A DNA stretch of 64,000 nt, taken from positions 9,069 through 73,068 of the forward strand of contig JAICKC010000003.1 in the NCBI GenBank assembly GCA_025928155.1. Direction: 5' to 3'. Below are positions 38,404 to 49,244 of this stretch, one piece after another; position 1 is the first letter of the stretch; every line of letters begins with the position of its first letter. Below the pieces are notes generated by a model. The model did not search any database. It was not told where the DNA came from and saw only the letters and a list, made by a program, of their open reading frames with translations. Both the position numbers and the translations under genes were made by a program. This DNA comes from Candidatus Saccharimonadota bacterium. Lineage in GTDB: Bacteria > Patescibacteriota > Saccharimonadia > Saccharimonadales > UBA4665.

Positions 38404-40193
38404 TCACGTTTAAGCATGACCGTAAAGGCTTCGGCCGGAATGTCGACTTTGCCAAAACGCTTCATGCGCTTTTTGCCTTTGGCTTGCTTGGCGAGCACTT
38501 TCTTCTTGCGGCTGACGTCGCCACCATACAGCCCGATCGTCACGTCTTTGCGGTAGGCACTGATGTCCTCGCGGGCAATGAATTTGCCGCCGATAGCCGC
38601 CTGCAGTGCCACCTGGAAGTTTTGGCGCGGGATGACTTCCTTGAGCTTCTCAACTGTTTCTTTGCCCAGGCGCTGCGCTTCGCTGCGATGCACCATAACG
38701 CTCAGCGCGCTCACTATTTCACCGGCTATGTAAAAATCGAGTCGTACCAGGTCTTCGGCGCGGTAGTCGGCCAGCTCGTAGTTGAAGCTGCCGTAGCCGC
38801 TGGTGATGCTTTTGAGCTGGTCGTAAAAGTCGGTGAGCAAGTTAGCCAGCGGCGCTTCGAACGCAACCACGGCGCGCTCTTCCACGTAGCTCAGGTTGGT
38901 TTGCAGACCGCGCTTGCCGCTGATGAGCTGGATAACCGGGCCGACGTAAGTCTGCGGCACGATGATCTCACCCTTTATCCACGGCTCGCGGATTTCGGCG
39001 ATTTGCGCTGGGTCGGGCAGGTCGGCCGCACTTTTTATGTCCAACTCTTCGCCGCTCGTCATCTTGATCTGGTAGTCAGTCGACGGGTTGGTAACGACCA
39101 GCTCGAGGCTGTATTCGCGCTCCAGCCGTTCGCGGATAATATCCATGTGGAGTAAGCCTAAAAAGCCAATGCGTACGCCAAAGCCGAGCACCGGCGAATT
39201 TTCCGGCGCGAACTGCAGCGCACTATCACTTAAACTCAGCTTTTCGATGGCGTCCTTGAGCTCCTGGTAATGCTCGTTGCTCTCCGGAAAAAAGCCGGCA
39301 TACACGAATGGCTGCACATCTTTGTAGCCTGGCAACGGTGCACTGGACGGGTGAGAAACTAGCGTAATGGTGTCGCCGACTTTAGCGTCGCGGGTGGTTT
39401 TGAGATTGGTCACAATATAGCCGATTTCGCCGGCCTTTAGACCCTGGCCGGGCGTCATATCGGGTGTAAGCGCGCCGACCTCCAGCGCCAAACCACTGGC
39501 GTCGGTGTTCATCATCTTAATCTGGGCGTTTTTGGCAATCCCGCCGTCAAACACCCGCACGTACAAAATCACCCCGCGATAGTCATCGTAGTAACTATCG
39601 AAAATCAACGCTCGTGTCGCATCACCGGTGTTGCGGGATGACAGTCCTCCCGCCGGGGGTGGGACATCGGTGATTACGCGCCCCAGGACTGCCTCGACGC
39701 CCTGGCCGGTTTTGGCGCTAATCTGGAGGATATCGTCGAATGTACAGCCGAGCAGGCTAACAATTTCGGCTCCCACGCGCTCCACATCAGCCGCTGGCAA
39801 GTCAATTTTGTTGAGGACGGGGATAATCGTGAGATCGGCGGCCATTGCCAAGTACACATTCGCGAGCGTCTGCGCTTGAATGCCCTGACTGGCATCAACT
39901 ACCAGCAGTGCCCCCTCGCAGGCCTGCAGGCTGCGTGACACTTCGTAGCTAAAGTCCACATGGCCGGGCGTGTCGATAAGGTTCAGTTCAAAGCCTTTGT
40001 ACTCCATACGTACAGGAGCTAGCTTAATCGTGATGCCCTTTTCGCGCTCCAAGTCCATGCGGTCGAGCAGCTGCGCCTTCATGTTACGCTTTTCCACGGT
40101 ACCGGTGAGCTCCAGCAGCCGATCAGCCAATGTGCTTTTGCCGTGGTCGATGTGCGCAATAATACAGAAGTTACGGATCTTTTCCTGATTCAT
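38400..40193 (-). CDS. lepA: Elongation factor 4 (LepA)
   Basis: AHIDHGKSTLAD, DTPGHVDF, GFLGLLH, GKKRMK. Confidence 0.98.
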   Translation of the reverse strand: MNQEKIRNFCIIAHIDHGKSTLADRLLELTGTVEKRNMKAQLLDRMDLEREKGITIKLAPVRMEYKGFELNLIDTPGHVDFSYEVSRSLQACEGALLVVDASQGIQAQTLANVYLAMAADLTIIPVLNKIDLPAADVERVGAEIVSLLGCTFDDILQISAKTGQGVEAVLGRVITDVPPPAGGLSSRNTGDATRALIFDSYYDDYRGVILYVRVFDGGIAKNAQIKMMNTDASGLALEVGALTPDMTPGQGLKAGEIGYIVTNLKTTRDAKVGDTITLVSHPSSAPLPGYKDVQPFVYAGFFPESNEHYQELKDAIEKLSLSDSALQFAPENSPVLGFGVRIGFLGLLHMDIIRERLEREYSLELVVTNPSTDYQIKMTSGEELDIKSAADLPDPAQIAEIREPWIKGEIIVPQTYVGPVIQLISGKRGLQTNLSYVEERAVVAFEAPLANLLTDFYDQLKSITSGYGSFNYELADYRAEDLVRLDFYIAGEIVSALSVMVHRSEAQRLGKETVEKLKEVIPRQNFQVALQAAIGGKFIAREDISAYRKDVTIGLYGGDVSRKKKVLAKQAKGKKRMKRFGKVDIPAEAFTVMLKRD

Positions 40194-40307
40194 TGACCTC
40201 TATTATACTTGAAGAACGGATGAAAATGTGCGTTTACTTGCATTTTCTGAATACCGAAGAAGTCCATAGGGCGTACTAGCGGTGACTGTCTGGACGATAT
40301 AGGCCAC

Positions 40308-40583
40308 CTAGCTCTTTTTGGTGATAGCGTAGTAACGCTGCAAGTAAATAAGCTGGCCGATGATATCCTGCAGCTGGTGTTGTTCGACACTGGTTGCAGG
40401 CACGGCGTCAGCAACCTGCTCCAAGCGAGCTGCAAACGTTTCAAATAGATCACCCGATGCCACCATAGCCTGCAGGCGCAGTGCGTCAGTGCTTCTGGGC
40501 GCATCCCGCAGCAGCAAATCTATCCCTTCCCCTTCCGTTAAGGTCACATCTCTGGTGCTTATCACGTACGTCACGCTATTCAT
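40308..40583 (-). CDS. Small hypothetical protein coupled to radC
   Basis: 91-aa ORF whose start overlaps the radC stop. Confidence 0.6.
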   Translation of the reverse strand: MNSVTYVISTRDVTLTEGEGIDLLLRDAPRSTDALRLQAMVASGDLFETFAARLEQVADAVPATSVEQHQLQDIIGQLIYLQRYYAITKKS

Positions 40584-41314
40584 ATAAACTCCAGTATACT
40601 CTGGTAGCCTTTGGCTGCAATAATGAGGTGGTCAAGTAAATCGATACCGAGAATTTTGCCGGCCGCTACCAGCTGTTGTGTGACTTCCAGGTCAGCCTCG
40701 CTAGGCTCCAGGCTACCGGAAGGGTGGTTGTGCGCGATTATGACCGCTACTGCACCGTATTCGACAGCCGGCTGAAAGACCTCGCGCGGATGCACAACAT
40801 TAGAAGTAAGACTGCCGATGGAAATAATTTCGTCGTGGACAACCTGGTGCCGACTGCCTAGGTAGAGGCCGCGCAGCTGCTCTTTGCTGCTCGCGTACAT
40901 GTCGTGGAAATACTGGTGCGCTTGAGCAGATGTATGGATTTCGACAGGCTGGCCGCCGCGGCGCGTAGCATAGGCCCTGCGGCCAAGTTCAAAGGCGGCT
41001 ATCAGCTGGCAGGCTTTAGTAAATGGAATGTCGAGGGCTTCGGCAAGCGCGGTGGGCTGGGCATCGTTAAACACAGCCCGTTCGCCATATTCTTGCAGCG
41101 TACGTCTGGCCATGGTTAACACGTCCTCGCGGCGCGTGCCTACGCCCCACAACACGGCTAGCAGCTCTGCCTGGGTCAGACTCTGAGCCCCGGCGGCGAG
41201 CAGCTTTTCACGGGGCCGATCTTCGTCGGGTAGGTCTTTAACACGTATAACATACTCGTCGAGCAGCAGATCGGCATCGGATATACGGTATGGTCGGGAC
41301 AGCGTGGCAGACAT
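40580..41314 (-). CDS. radC: RadC/JAB-domain protein
   Basis: RPREKL, VHPREVF, HNHPSG..EPS.AD, LLDHLII. Confidence 0.93.
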   Translation of the reverse strand: MSATLSRPYRISDADLLLDEYVIRVKDLPDEDRPREKLLAAGAQSLTQAELLAVLWGVGTRREDVLTMARRTLQEYGERAVFNDAQPTALAEALDIPFTKACQLIAAFELGRRAYATRRGGQPVEIHTSAQAHQYFHDMYASSKEQLRGLYLGSRHQVVHDEIISIGSLTSNVVHPREVFQPAVEYGAVAVIIAHNHPSGSLEPSEADLEVTQQLVAAGKILGIDLLDHLIIAAKGYQSILEFI

Positions 41315-41378
41315 ATATGTATTAAACCACCTGGGGAGGAAAAAACGCTAGCTTTGTTGCGAAAAGTACGCTAATCCG

Positions 41379-42992
41379 TCAATATTCGATTTTTACTGGC
41401 CGATACAACACCCGTCGGATCCACCTCCAGAACGGACGAGCCTCTTCCAGCCCGAACAGACCCGAAATAGCAAAGTGCGTCGTCAGTACCACACCGGCCA
41501 GTATCAAGAACTTGGTGCCGACGGTAACGAGACCACGGTCGGCCGCGCCCAGCGGAATAAACCCGACCGTGACGTAGCCCGCCACCAAGCTAAATCCAGT
41601 AACCGATACGCTGCGAAACACGCCACTCCAGAAGGTACGTTCAAACAATGCACGGTCGCGCAGAATCATCACAACGCACAGGATAGCGACTTCTACCGCC
41701 GCCACAATGGACTGCGCTATAGCCAGACCGGCTAGGCCATAGCCACCTGGCTGTGTCAGCAAATCCGCGAGCGCAATGTTAAGCGTAATAGTAAAGATTG
41801 AAACATACAGCGGCGTTTTAGTGTCCTTCTGAGCATAGAACCAGCGTGAAATAATAGCATAGATGGTGCGGAAAAATATAGCCACTGTTAGAAAACCAAA
41901 CAGGTAGGCGATATCGGTACTGTTCTTAGAAAAAATGAGGTGGGCCAAGTAACCACGGCCGAAGTACGACACCACCACGACCGGCAACGCGATCCAAATA
42001 ATAAGCCGCAAATAACGCAGGAAGTCTTCTCGAAACAGGTCGGCGCGGCCGTGACTCAAACGATTATTAAGCCGCGGGAAGACCGCTGTGGAAATGGCGG
42101 TTCCTATCAGCAGCACCGGAGCGAGCTGCAATGTAAAAGCATTGTTATAGTATGAAACTGATCCCACGGCAAAGCGGCTTGCAAAGCGGGTCTCAACGAT
42201 AGATTCAAGCTGGTCCATCCCCTGGTCGATAGAGCGCGGTGGCAAGTTTTTAAGTACCTGGCGAAATTCGGCGCTGCGCCAGCTGATGTGCGGCGTCCAG
42301 CGAAAGCCAGTTCCGTATGTACCGGCAGCCACCACTAGCAGCTGCAGCACCGCGCCTACCAGCGCGCCGATACCAAGGCCGGTAATCCCCATATGCCACG
42401 GCCCGCCCTGGTGGCCGTTCGCCGTTGAAAATATCAGTGCGGCCAGGACAATACAGCCGTTGTATAACAGCGGGGCCGTGGCATAGAAGAAAAACCGCCC
42501 GAGCGCCTGCTGCGTCGCCGTGAGGATACCCGAAATGGTAAAAAGAAGCGGGTTTAGACTGAGGAAGCGCATGATCACCACTGAGTCATGCAACTGCGCT
42601 GGGCGCACGTGCACAATGTCTCGCATAATCGGCTCGGCACAGACAAATATGACTACCGCGGCGGCGACCATGATGAGCGTGAGCAGATTAAGCAGGCTGC
42701 CCACCAGCTTCCACATGCCCTTACGGTTATTCTTCGCTAAATAGTCAGCTAGTACCGGCATGAAGGCCACGCCCAGTGCGCCGGCCGATATCGTAAAGAA
42801 AAAGAAGTCAGGTATGGTGAAGGCGGCAAAGTAGCTATCGGTGCTATGCGGGCCAGTGGGTGAAAAGTTGGCGTTTACTAGTTTGGTACGGTAGAAACCG
42901 AGCAGCTGCGCGAGCAACGAGCTGCCCACGAGCAGAATGGCCGCCGAGCCCAGCGAAATCCGTTTACGTGTACGAGGTATGGTGAGATGCAT
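41379..42992 (-). CDS. murJ: Lipid II flippase MurJ (MviN)
   Basis: LLGFYR, YFAAFTIPD, AFMPV, FYAQKDTKTP; many TMs. Confidence 0.9.
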   Translation of the reverse strand: MHLTIPRTRKRISLGSAAILLVGSSLLAQLLGFYRTKLVNANFSPTGPHSTDSYFAAFTIPDFFFFTISAGALGVAFMPVLADYLAKNNRKGMWKLVGSLLNLLTLIMVAAAVVIFVCAEPIMRDIVHVRPAQLHDSVVIMRFLSLNPLLFTISGILTATQQALGRFFFYATAPLLYNGCIVLAALIFSTANGHQGGPWHMGITGLGIGALVGAVLQLLVVAAGTYGTGFRWTPHISWRSAEFRQVLKNLPPRSIDQGMDQLESIVETRFASRFAVGSVSYYNNAFTLQLAPVLLIGTAISTAVFPRLNNRLSHGRADLFREDFLRYLRLIIWIALPVVVVSYFGRGYLAHLIFSKNSTDIAYLFGFLTVAIFFRTIYAIISRWFYAQKDTKTPLYVSIFTITLNIALADLLTQPGGYGLAGLAIAQSIVAAVEVAILCVVMILRDRALFERTFWSGVFRSVSVTGFSLVAGYVTVGFIPLGAADRGLVTVGTKFLILAGVVLTTHFAISGLFGLEEARPFWRWIRRVLYRPVKIEY

Positions 42993-43063
42993 GAGAGTCT
43001 GCCGTCTAGTATAAACGTCTTGCGGATCAGATGACAGATGAATCCGGCATGGGGCGTGGAAAA

Positions 43064-45742
43064 CTAGTGGAGCTTAATAACACCGGATTCTACGTCGCGC
43101 GCGACTTTGGTGACGCTCGGCTCGGTTTGCGGTTCAGGAGCGCCGGCAGGTTTCTTTCTGCGGGTACGCTTGCGTTTGCGTTTAGCTGGTGGCGCCGGAG
43201 CGGCACCTGGTTCGAGTGCTTGCGGACCACGACTGGCCGGAGCTGGCGTTGGCGCAGGTTTTGGTAGGCTGCCGAGCACAGCTTGCGACAAGGCTACAGC
43301 CGGCGATTGTGGTTTTTTAGCAACTGGTGGCGCCGGAGCGGAGACAGGTGCCGCTGGCTTTGGCGCCTGCGGCTGAGCAGCTGCGGGTGACTGCTTGGCA
43401 GGTTTGGGTTCGGCAGGCTTTGGAGCGGCACTATCTGTAACCTGGTAGCGCTCGGCCATATAACGTTCCAGATAGTCTCGGGTTTGGGCGTACTGCGCAC
43501 GGGAGTGAGCGATAATCTGCGGGCTGTAGTCGGCGCCAAACGGCGGCAAATTAAGACTAATAGCACTAAAGGCCGGCACTTTTTCGCCGCCGATTGTCAT
43601 ACTGATGGCAAAGTGACGGTTGTTCATATGCACCAGATCGTGCTCTTCAAACTTCGGTTCGAAATATTTGAGCATAATGCGGGCGTCGTCGGCGCTGGTA
43701 CGGAAGCTGATGATGCTGCCCACGTTACCAAACACCGCGTCTTTAACCTCTTGCATCATCTGGGCGGTGTACTGGTTAGCGACAGTGAGGTTCAGACCAT
43801 ACTTACGGGCTTCACTCAAAATGGTCGCGAAGCTGTCAGTAGCAAAGTTCTGAAACTCGTCCACATAGAGATAGAACGGCGTCCGCTGCTCACCGCTGAT
43901 ATCAGCCCGACTCATGGCGGCCATCTGTACCTTGGTAACCAGCAGCGCGCCGAGCAGCGCAGCGTTGTCTTCGCCCACCAGACCCCGGCTTAGGTTCACA
44001 ATGAGGATTTTGTGCTCATCCATAATTTGGCGGATGTTGAAGCTGCTCCTGGGCTGGCCGATGATGTTACGCACCAGCGGGTTAGCGGTAAATGCACCTA
44101 CCTTGTTCAGGATCGGCGCTACAGCTTCGGTCATGAACCGATCGTTCCAGCTGGCAAACTCGATGATCCAAAAGTTACGCACCACTGGGTCGGCCACATA
44201 CTTCAGCACATCGTTCCGGAATTTTTTCTCGGTCAGAATGCGCGTGATGTCAAGCATGGTCGCGTCTGGATAGTCGAGCAGAGCCAAAATGCTGTAGCGC
44301 AAGATGTACTCCAGCCGCGGTCCCCAGCTGTTTTCGAAAATCCGCTTAATAACGCCGATCAGCTCGGAGCAGGTGTGGGTTTTGAGCTTGGGGTCGTAGA
44401 CCTCCAGCGGATTGAAGCCCATGGGGTAATCGGTGTCCGCCGGATTGAAGTACACCACGTCAGCTGCGCGCTCAGCCGGAATTCGTTTGAGAATCGCCTG
44501 TGCGTAGTCGCCGTGCGGATCGACAACCGCAAAACCGTAGGGACTGTAGATGTCGGAAATCGTCAGCAGCTCGAGCATACCAGACTTACCGGTGCCGGTC
44601 TGTCCGATGATGTACAGGTGCCGTCCGCGGTCGGACCTCGGCAAACCAAACATGGTGTTGTGCCCGCGGAAATTGGTGGCTGCGACAGGACTCAGACCTT
44701 CCCCCGTTTCGGGCGTAATCATCGGCAGATTGGCCGGTGGTTCGGCCGTTTGTGTCATCGCCCACAAGATATAGGGCGTTTCCACGTTGGTGTGGGGCAA
44801 GTGATACAGCGTGGCAACTTCTTCGATGTTGCACATAAAGCCGGTTCTATTGAAGGCACGGCTGCGGTAGTGTGCCACCAAAAACGCGTCATCTGCCACT
44901 CGTTTGGCTTCAAAGCCGTTCAGGTACGTACTGTTGAACTGCTTGTAGCTGGCAATGATACTCTGCATCTGTAGCTTGGCCTGCTGCTCGCTGGTGTTAC
45001 CGCGATACACAATACGCAGTTGGGTTTCAAACGCCAGTTTTTGAGCCTTCTCCTGCGCGGCACTCACCCGCGTCGTTTCGTAATCGCTGAGCTTGGGGGT
45101 CTCGGTTTTTGCCTCGGGCGGTTTCCAGAGCATACTCATATTCAATCCAAGACCGGCTCCTCCTCCGCCGCCTTTCATCCCAGCGATATAGCGCTCGCTG
45201 TTCTTGTGCCAGTTGCTAGCCGCCGGGCGGATGAGCGTTTGCAGCCAGGCCTCTTCGTCTTCGGTAAATTTGGCGAGCGTAGCCGTAATGGCCGCCAGGG
45301 GGTCAACCTCAAAGCTCTGGAACGTCTTGATGGGCAGCGCGTTGTGGCCGACAAACTTCAGCTCCGTAACGAGTTGGGTAGCAAAATTCTGCTCTGGATT
45401 GTAGGCGGCATAGTCGTCCACCTCACTGATATGTACCGTAGGATACTGGGCGTAAATTTGCTCTTCTACGAAGCTCTTGAGATAATTCGGCACCCACACG
45501 TAAAAGCCGATGCGCTTTTTGAGTACCGCAATCTCAAAGCTGAGGCACTCGCGCAGCACGGGCTTGAGCAGTCCCTGCTGCGGAATAGTAAGTAGCCCGT
45601 GCAAGCTGGCAAACATCTGTTCGGCAGCCAGCTCCTTCTGATCATTGGTGCGAGGCACCTGCAACAAAAGCACCACACCGCTATTGTCGTGGTCCTGGCC
45701 GCTGGAAGAGTTATGTATGCCTACCATATTCAAAAAGACCAC
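43064..45742 (-). CDS. VirD4/TraD-like (HerA/FtsK superfamily) ATPase with Pro/Ala-rich basic tail
   Basis: HLYIIGQTGTGKS Walker A, DPHGD, LYVDEFQNF Walker B, SEARKY, ANQY, FGNVG; start uncertain. Confidence 0.85.
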   Translation of the reverse strand: MVFLNMVGIHNSSSGQDHDNSGVVLLLQVPRTNDQKELAAEQMFASLHGLLTIPQQGLLKPVLRECLSFEIAVLKKRIGFYVWVPNYLKSFVEEQIYAQYPTVHISEVDDYAAYNPEQNFATQLVTELKFVGHNALPIKTFQSFEVDPLAAITATLAKFTEDEEAWLQTLIRPAASNWHKNSERYIAGMKGGGGGAGLGLNMSMLWKPPEAKTETPKLSDYETTRVSAAQEKAQKLAFETQLRIVYRGNTSEQQAKLQMQSIIASYKQFNSTYLNGFEAKRVADDAFLVAHYRSRAFNRTGFMCNIEEVATLYHLPHTNVETPYILWAMTQTAEPPANLPMITPETGEGLSPVAATNFRGHNTMFGLPRSDRGRHLYIIGQTGTGKSGMLELLTISDIYSPYGFAVVDPHGDYAQAILKRIPAERAADVVYFNPADTDYPMGFNPLEVYDPKLKTHTCSELIGVIKRIFENSWGPRLEYILRYSILALLDYPDATMLDITRILTEKKFRNDVLKYVADPVVRNFWIIEFASWNDRFMTEAVAPILNKVGAFTANPLVRNIIGQPRSSFNIRQIMDEHKILIVNLSRGLVGEDNAALLGALLVTKVQMAAMSRADISGEQRTPFYLYVDEFQNFATDSFATILSEARKYGLNLTVANQYTAQMMQEVKDAVFGNVGSIISFRTSADDARIMLKYFEPKFEEHDLVHMNNRHFAISMTIGGEKVPAFSAISLNLPPFGADYSPQIIAHSRAQYAQTRDYLERYMAERYQVTDSAAPKPAEPKPAKQSPAAAQPQAPKPAAPVSAPAPPVAKKPQSPAVALSQAVLGSLPKPAPTPAPASRGPQALEPGAAPAPPAKRKRKRTRRKKPAGAPEPQTEPSVTKVARDVESGVIKLH

Positions 45743-45808
45743 TGGCTAACGTGGTTACTCTTATTCTCGCACTTTTCTAAGACGAAATACAGTGACTGGG
45801 TCGTTTGG

Positions 45809-46420
45809 TCACTGGTAGAAGAACTGCGGGTTTGCCAGCAGCAGGTTCCATAGTTCGTCGTAATATTTGAATGCGCCCAGATGCTTGCTGGCCTTTTCAC
45901 GGTGCTTTTGCATTGCTGCCTGCCACTGTTCGAGGGTGATTCTATTTTTCTGATAAAAGTAGCCTTCTTCGATAAAGTCGTAGAGCAGGACCAGAAGCTT
46001 GTCTACCGATTTAACAAACTGCGCCTCGTCGGAATCCTGTCGCTCGTAGGCTTGTAGTGTTTCCGCAATCCACGGTAGCGCCAAGGGCTCCTCCGAGAGG
46101 CGTCGTAGGGCTGCCTCTTCTCGTAGCTCTTTGGTGGCAAGATCGGCTTTTGATGCAAAGTTCGAAGTGTCTCCTGCATACACTTCCAGTAAGTCATGAA
46201 CGATAGCATACTGACACACCTTGCCGATATCCAGCTTCGGATCTACCTGCGGAGCAAGCGCAGAGGCAAACAGCGCCACCGACCATGAATGTTCGGCATT
46301 ATTCTCATGCCTGCCATGTGCAAAGCTCAGCTCGCCATGACGTTCTATCTGGTAAAACGGAAAAATTATTTCCTGAACAAACTTCTGGAGGTCTGCAATG
46401 GTCGGCTTGGGGGTGCTCAT
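45809..46420 (-). CDS. HD-domain phosphohydrolase
   Basis: ENNAEHSW, VHDLLEVYAGDT, EAQFVKSVDK. Confidence 0.85.
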   Translation of the reverse strand: MSTPKPTIADLQKFVQEIIFPFYQIERHGELSFAHGRHENNAEHSWSVALFASALAPQVDPKLDIGKVCQYAIVHDLLEVYAGDTSNFASKADLATKELREEAALRRLSEEPLALPWIAETLQAYERQDSDEAQFVKSVDKLLVLLYDFIEEGYFYQKNRITLEQWQAAMQKHREKASKHLGAFKYYDELWNLLLANPQFFYQ

Positions 46421-46432
46421 TCCGGGCAATTT

Positions 46433-48301
46433 CTAGTACAGGGCTGCTTCTTTGGGCATATGGCTGCCCTCGAAGACGGCTTTGACTTCTTCGGCGTCCA
46501 CGGTTTCTTTCTCGAGCAGACGGTCTTTGAGTGCCTCGATGAACTTCAGGTTCGTCTTGATGACGGCGCGGGCGCGGTTAGCGGCTTCGGTGATCAGGCT
46601 TTCGACCTCCTGGTCTATGAGCTTGGCAGTGTCGTCGCTGTACTCACGCTCATGTACCATACGCTCCAGCATCATCCCCTCTTCCACATGGAAGACCTGG
46701 TCGCGCAGCTTGCCGCTGCCCATACCCTGTTTGATGATCATGTCACGGGCCAGTTCAGCTGCTGACTGTAAGTCGCTGCCGGCACCGGTCGTGACCTTGT
46801 CGTGGCCGTAGATGACTTCCTCGGCGATGCGGCCGCCCAGGCTGCGAGCCAGCACGTCTTTGTACTCCACAATACTGTGGTAACTGCGGTCTTCGGGCGG
46901 AATAGACCAAGTCACACCGCCGGTGCTGCCGCGCGGGATGATGGTGACTTTGTGGATCGGATCGCTGTCCGGCAGTACATGACCGACAATGGCGTGTCCG
47001 GCTTCGTGGTAGGCGGTCAACTCCTTCTCTTTGTCGTTCATGACCTTGCTCTTGCGCTCCGGGCCGATGGCCACGCGCTCAAACGCTTCAGTCACGTCGG
47101 CCTGCGAAATTTGACTATGGTTGCTGCGGGCGGCAATAATGGCCGACTCGTTGGCAATATTGGCTAGATCTGCGCCTGATGAGCCAGCAGTTTTAGCAGC
47201 CAGCGCGTCGAGGTCGACGCTGGCGGCCAGTGGCTTCTTTTCATAGTGAACTTTCAGTATAGCTAAGCGATCGGCACGCTCCGGCAGGGCAATATTGACA
47301 CGGCGGTCAAAGCGGCCAGGGCGCAGCAGCGCCGGGTCAAGCACATCGGAACGGTTCGTAGCAGCCAGCACAATCACATTCTGCCCCTGTTCAAAGCCGT
47401 CCATCTCCACCAGAATCTGGTTCAGGGTCTGCTCGCGCTCGTCGTGGCCACCACCCATGCCGCTGCCGCGGCGACGCCCCACAGCGTCGATTTCGTCGAT
47501 AAAGATAATGCACGGTGCGTTCTTTTTAGCCTTAGCGAACAGGTCACGCACGCGGCTTGCGCCCACACCAACGAACATTTCCACAAACTCGGAACCGGAA
47601 ATGCTAAAGAATGGCACGCCCGCCTCGCCGGCCACCGCGCGGGCCAGCATGGTTTTGCCGGTACCCGGAGGACCCACCAACAGTACCCCTTTAGGGATAC
47701 GCGCTCCCAGAGCGGCGAACTTTTTGGGGAACTTAAGGAACTCAACCACCTCTTGCAAGTCCTGCTTGGCTTCGGCCTGGCCAGCGACATTCTTGAAGGT
47801 TGCCTTGTCCTTTTCGTTGCCATACAGCCGAGCCCGGCTCTTGCCGAATGACAGTGCCTGGTTGCCCTGCCCCTGGGCACTCCTGAGCATAAAGTACAGC
47901 AAACCGCCGATCAGAATGACCGGAATGATGTTAATGGCCAGACTTCCGAGCACGGCGCCCGTACTGCTCGGCGGTTTTACCGTCACTTCAACTTTGTTGT
48001 AGTCGAGACCTTCGGCTTTCAGACCAACGCCGTCTTCCTTGGTGGAACGAAGCGTTGGGCGGCTATCGCCCTTTTTGGTGATATCCAGTTCGTTGCCGTT
48101 CAGCTCAATTTTTTTGTAGTTGCCGGCATTAGACTGCTTTATAGCCTGGGTGAGCGGAATATCGGTCAGTGTTGGCTGCTGGTGGTATGCCGCCCAGCTT
48201 ATGAGCACTACCAGTACAATAAACGCCGCAAATCCGACGTTCTTATATCCACGCCCTCCGGCACCCCGTTTTGCATTCGGTCGTAAAGGTTTTTTCTCCA
48301 T
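46433..48301 (-). CDS. ftsH: ATP-dependent zinc metalloprotease FtsH
   Basis: Two TMs, [20 protein letters not shown]. Confidence 0.98.
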   Translation of the reverse strand: MEKKPLRPNAKRGAGGRGYKNVGFAAFIVLVVLISWAAYHQQPTLTDIPLTQAIKQSNAGNYKKIELNGNELDITKKGDSRPTLRSTKEDGVGLKAEGLDYNKVEVTVKPPSSTGAVLGSLAINIIPVILIGGLLYFMLRSAQGQGNQALSFGKSRARLYGNEKDKATFKNVAGQAEAKQDLQEVVEFLKFPKKFAALGARIPKGVLLVGPPGTGKTMLARAVAGEAGVPFFSISGSEFVEMFVGVGASRVRDLFAKAKKNAPCIIFIDEIDAVGRRRGSGMGGGHDEREQTLNQILVEMDGFEQGQNVIVLAATNRSDVLDPALLRPGRFDRRVNIALPERADRLAILKVHYEKKPLAASVDLDALAAKTAGSSGADLANIANESAIIAARSNHSQISQADVTEAFERVAIGPERKSKVMNDKEKELTAYHEAGHAIVGHVLPDSDPIHKVTIIPRGSTGGVTWSIPPEDRSYHSIVEYKDVLARSLGGRIAEEVIYGHDKVTTGAGSDLQSAAELARDMIIKQGMGSGKLRDQVFHVEEGMMLERMVHEREYSDDTAKLIDQEVESLITEAANRARAVIKTNLKFIEALKDRLLEKETVDAEEVKAVFEGSHMPKEAALY

Positions 48302-48336
48302 GTTTATATAGTATACATGCTCCTGCCTAGCTTTGC

Positions 48337-49224
48337 CTAGCGCTCTCGGACCTCAAGTGCCAGCTGCGTGCGGCCAATATTCAGCCAATAGCCTTTATTG
48401 ATGTCTACCCTTGTGCCTGCCTTGCCGGTTTTGGCGGCAATCACCAGCCGTTCCAATAGCTTGCGCGATAGTTCCGCGCCGGCGTTTTGCAGTAGCCATT
48501 CGGCCATAATCTCGCGAGCTACGGCGTGGGGCAGCATGGTAAATTCGTGTCGGTCGAGTGTGCCGGGCGCCGGCTGCACATGCAAATAATTAGCCGTCTG
48601 TCGCTCAATTTCCCTATTGAGTGCCTGTGCCCGTTCAGCGATCATCAGCAGGACTTCCCTGTCCGAGTCAGCGAAGCGAGGCATTATGCGTAAGCGGATA
48701 TAGTTGCGCAAATACCGCTCGTCGGCGTTGGTACTGTCTTCGCGCCACTGCAGCCCTTCCCCTTCAGCGTAGCGTAGCAATTCGTTTTTGGGCAGATGCA
48801 ACAACGGCCGTTTAATGACATCGGTGCTTTTGAGCGAACTCAAGCCCCGTCGCCCCGTGCCGCGCAGCAGGTTCAAAATAATCGTCTCGAGCAAATCATC
48901 CTGGTGATGCGCCGTTACGATCGCCGTCGCCCCGCTCGCCTGGCGGACTTGGTGCAGAAAATCGTAGCGGGCTTGGCGCGCTGCCGCCTCGCTCACATCT
49001 TTGCCTAACTCCGCGCGAGCATACACGAACGGCAGGCCATGCTGTCCAGCCAGCGCCTGCACATGGTGACGGTCTTCTACTGAATCGTCGCGAACGCCGT
49101 GGTCAAAGTGCGCCACCGTCAGCTGCAAGTCCGTTCGGCCCGCCAGCAAGTGCAGGAGTGTCATGCTGTCCACACCACCACTCACTGCCACTACATACCG
49201 TCCTGGCTGTAAATCAATATCCAT
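48337..49224 (-). CDS. tilS: tRNA(Ile)-lysidine synthetase
   Basis: AVSGGVDS, EAAARQARY, TAHHQDD, EDSTN, RNYIR. Confidence 0.95.
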   Translation of the reverse strand: MDIDLQPGRYVVAVSGGVDSMTLLHLLAGRTDLQLTVAHFDHGVRDDSVEDRHHVQALAGQHGLPFVYARAELGKDVSEAAARQARYDFLHQVRQASGATAIVTAHHQDDLLETIILNLLRGTGRRGLSSLKSTDVIKRPLLHLPKNELLRYAEGEGLQWREDSTNADERYLRNYIRLRIMPRFADSDREVLLMIAERAQALNREIERQTANYLHVQPAPGTLDRHEFTMLPHAVAREIMAEWLLQNAGAELSRKLLERLVIAAKTGKAGTRVDINKGYWLNIGRTQLALEVRER

Positions 49225-49244
49225 ATCTGTTTTAATTATAGCCG

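Noticed and set aside
40580..41314. radC as a mobile-element marker
   Set aside because: Full-length chromosomal form between lepA and murJ with no mobility genes
44012..44974. Long antisense ORFs (320 aa here; also 5442..6263, 12631..13356, 38484..39155, 47295..48002)
   Set aside because: Opposite well-supported genes and lacking motifs
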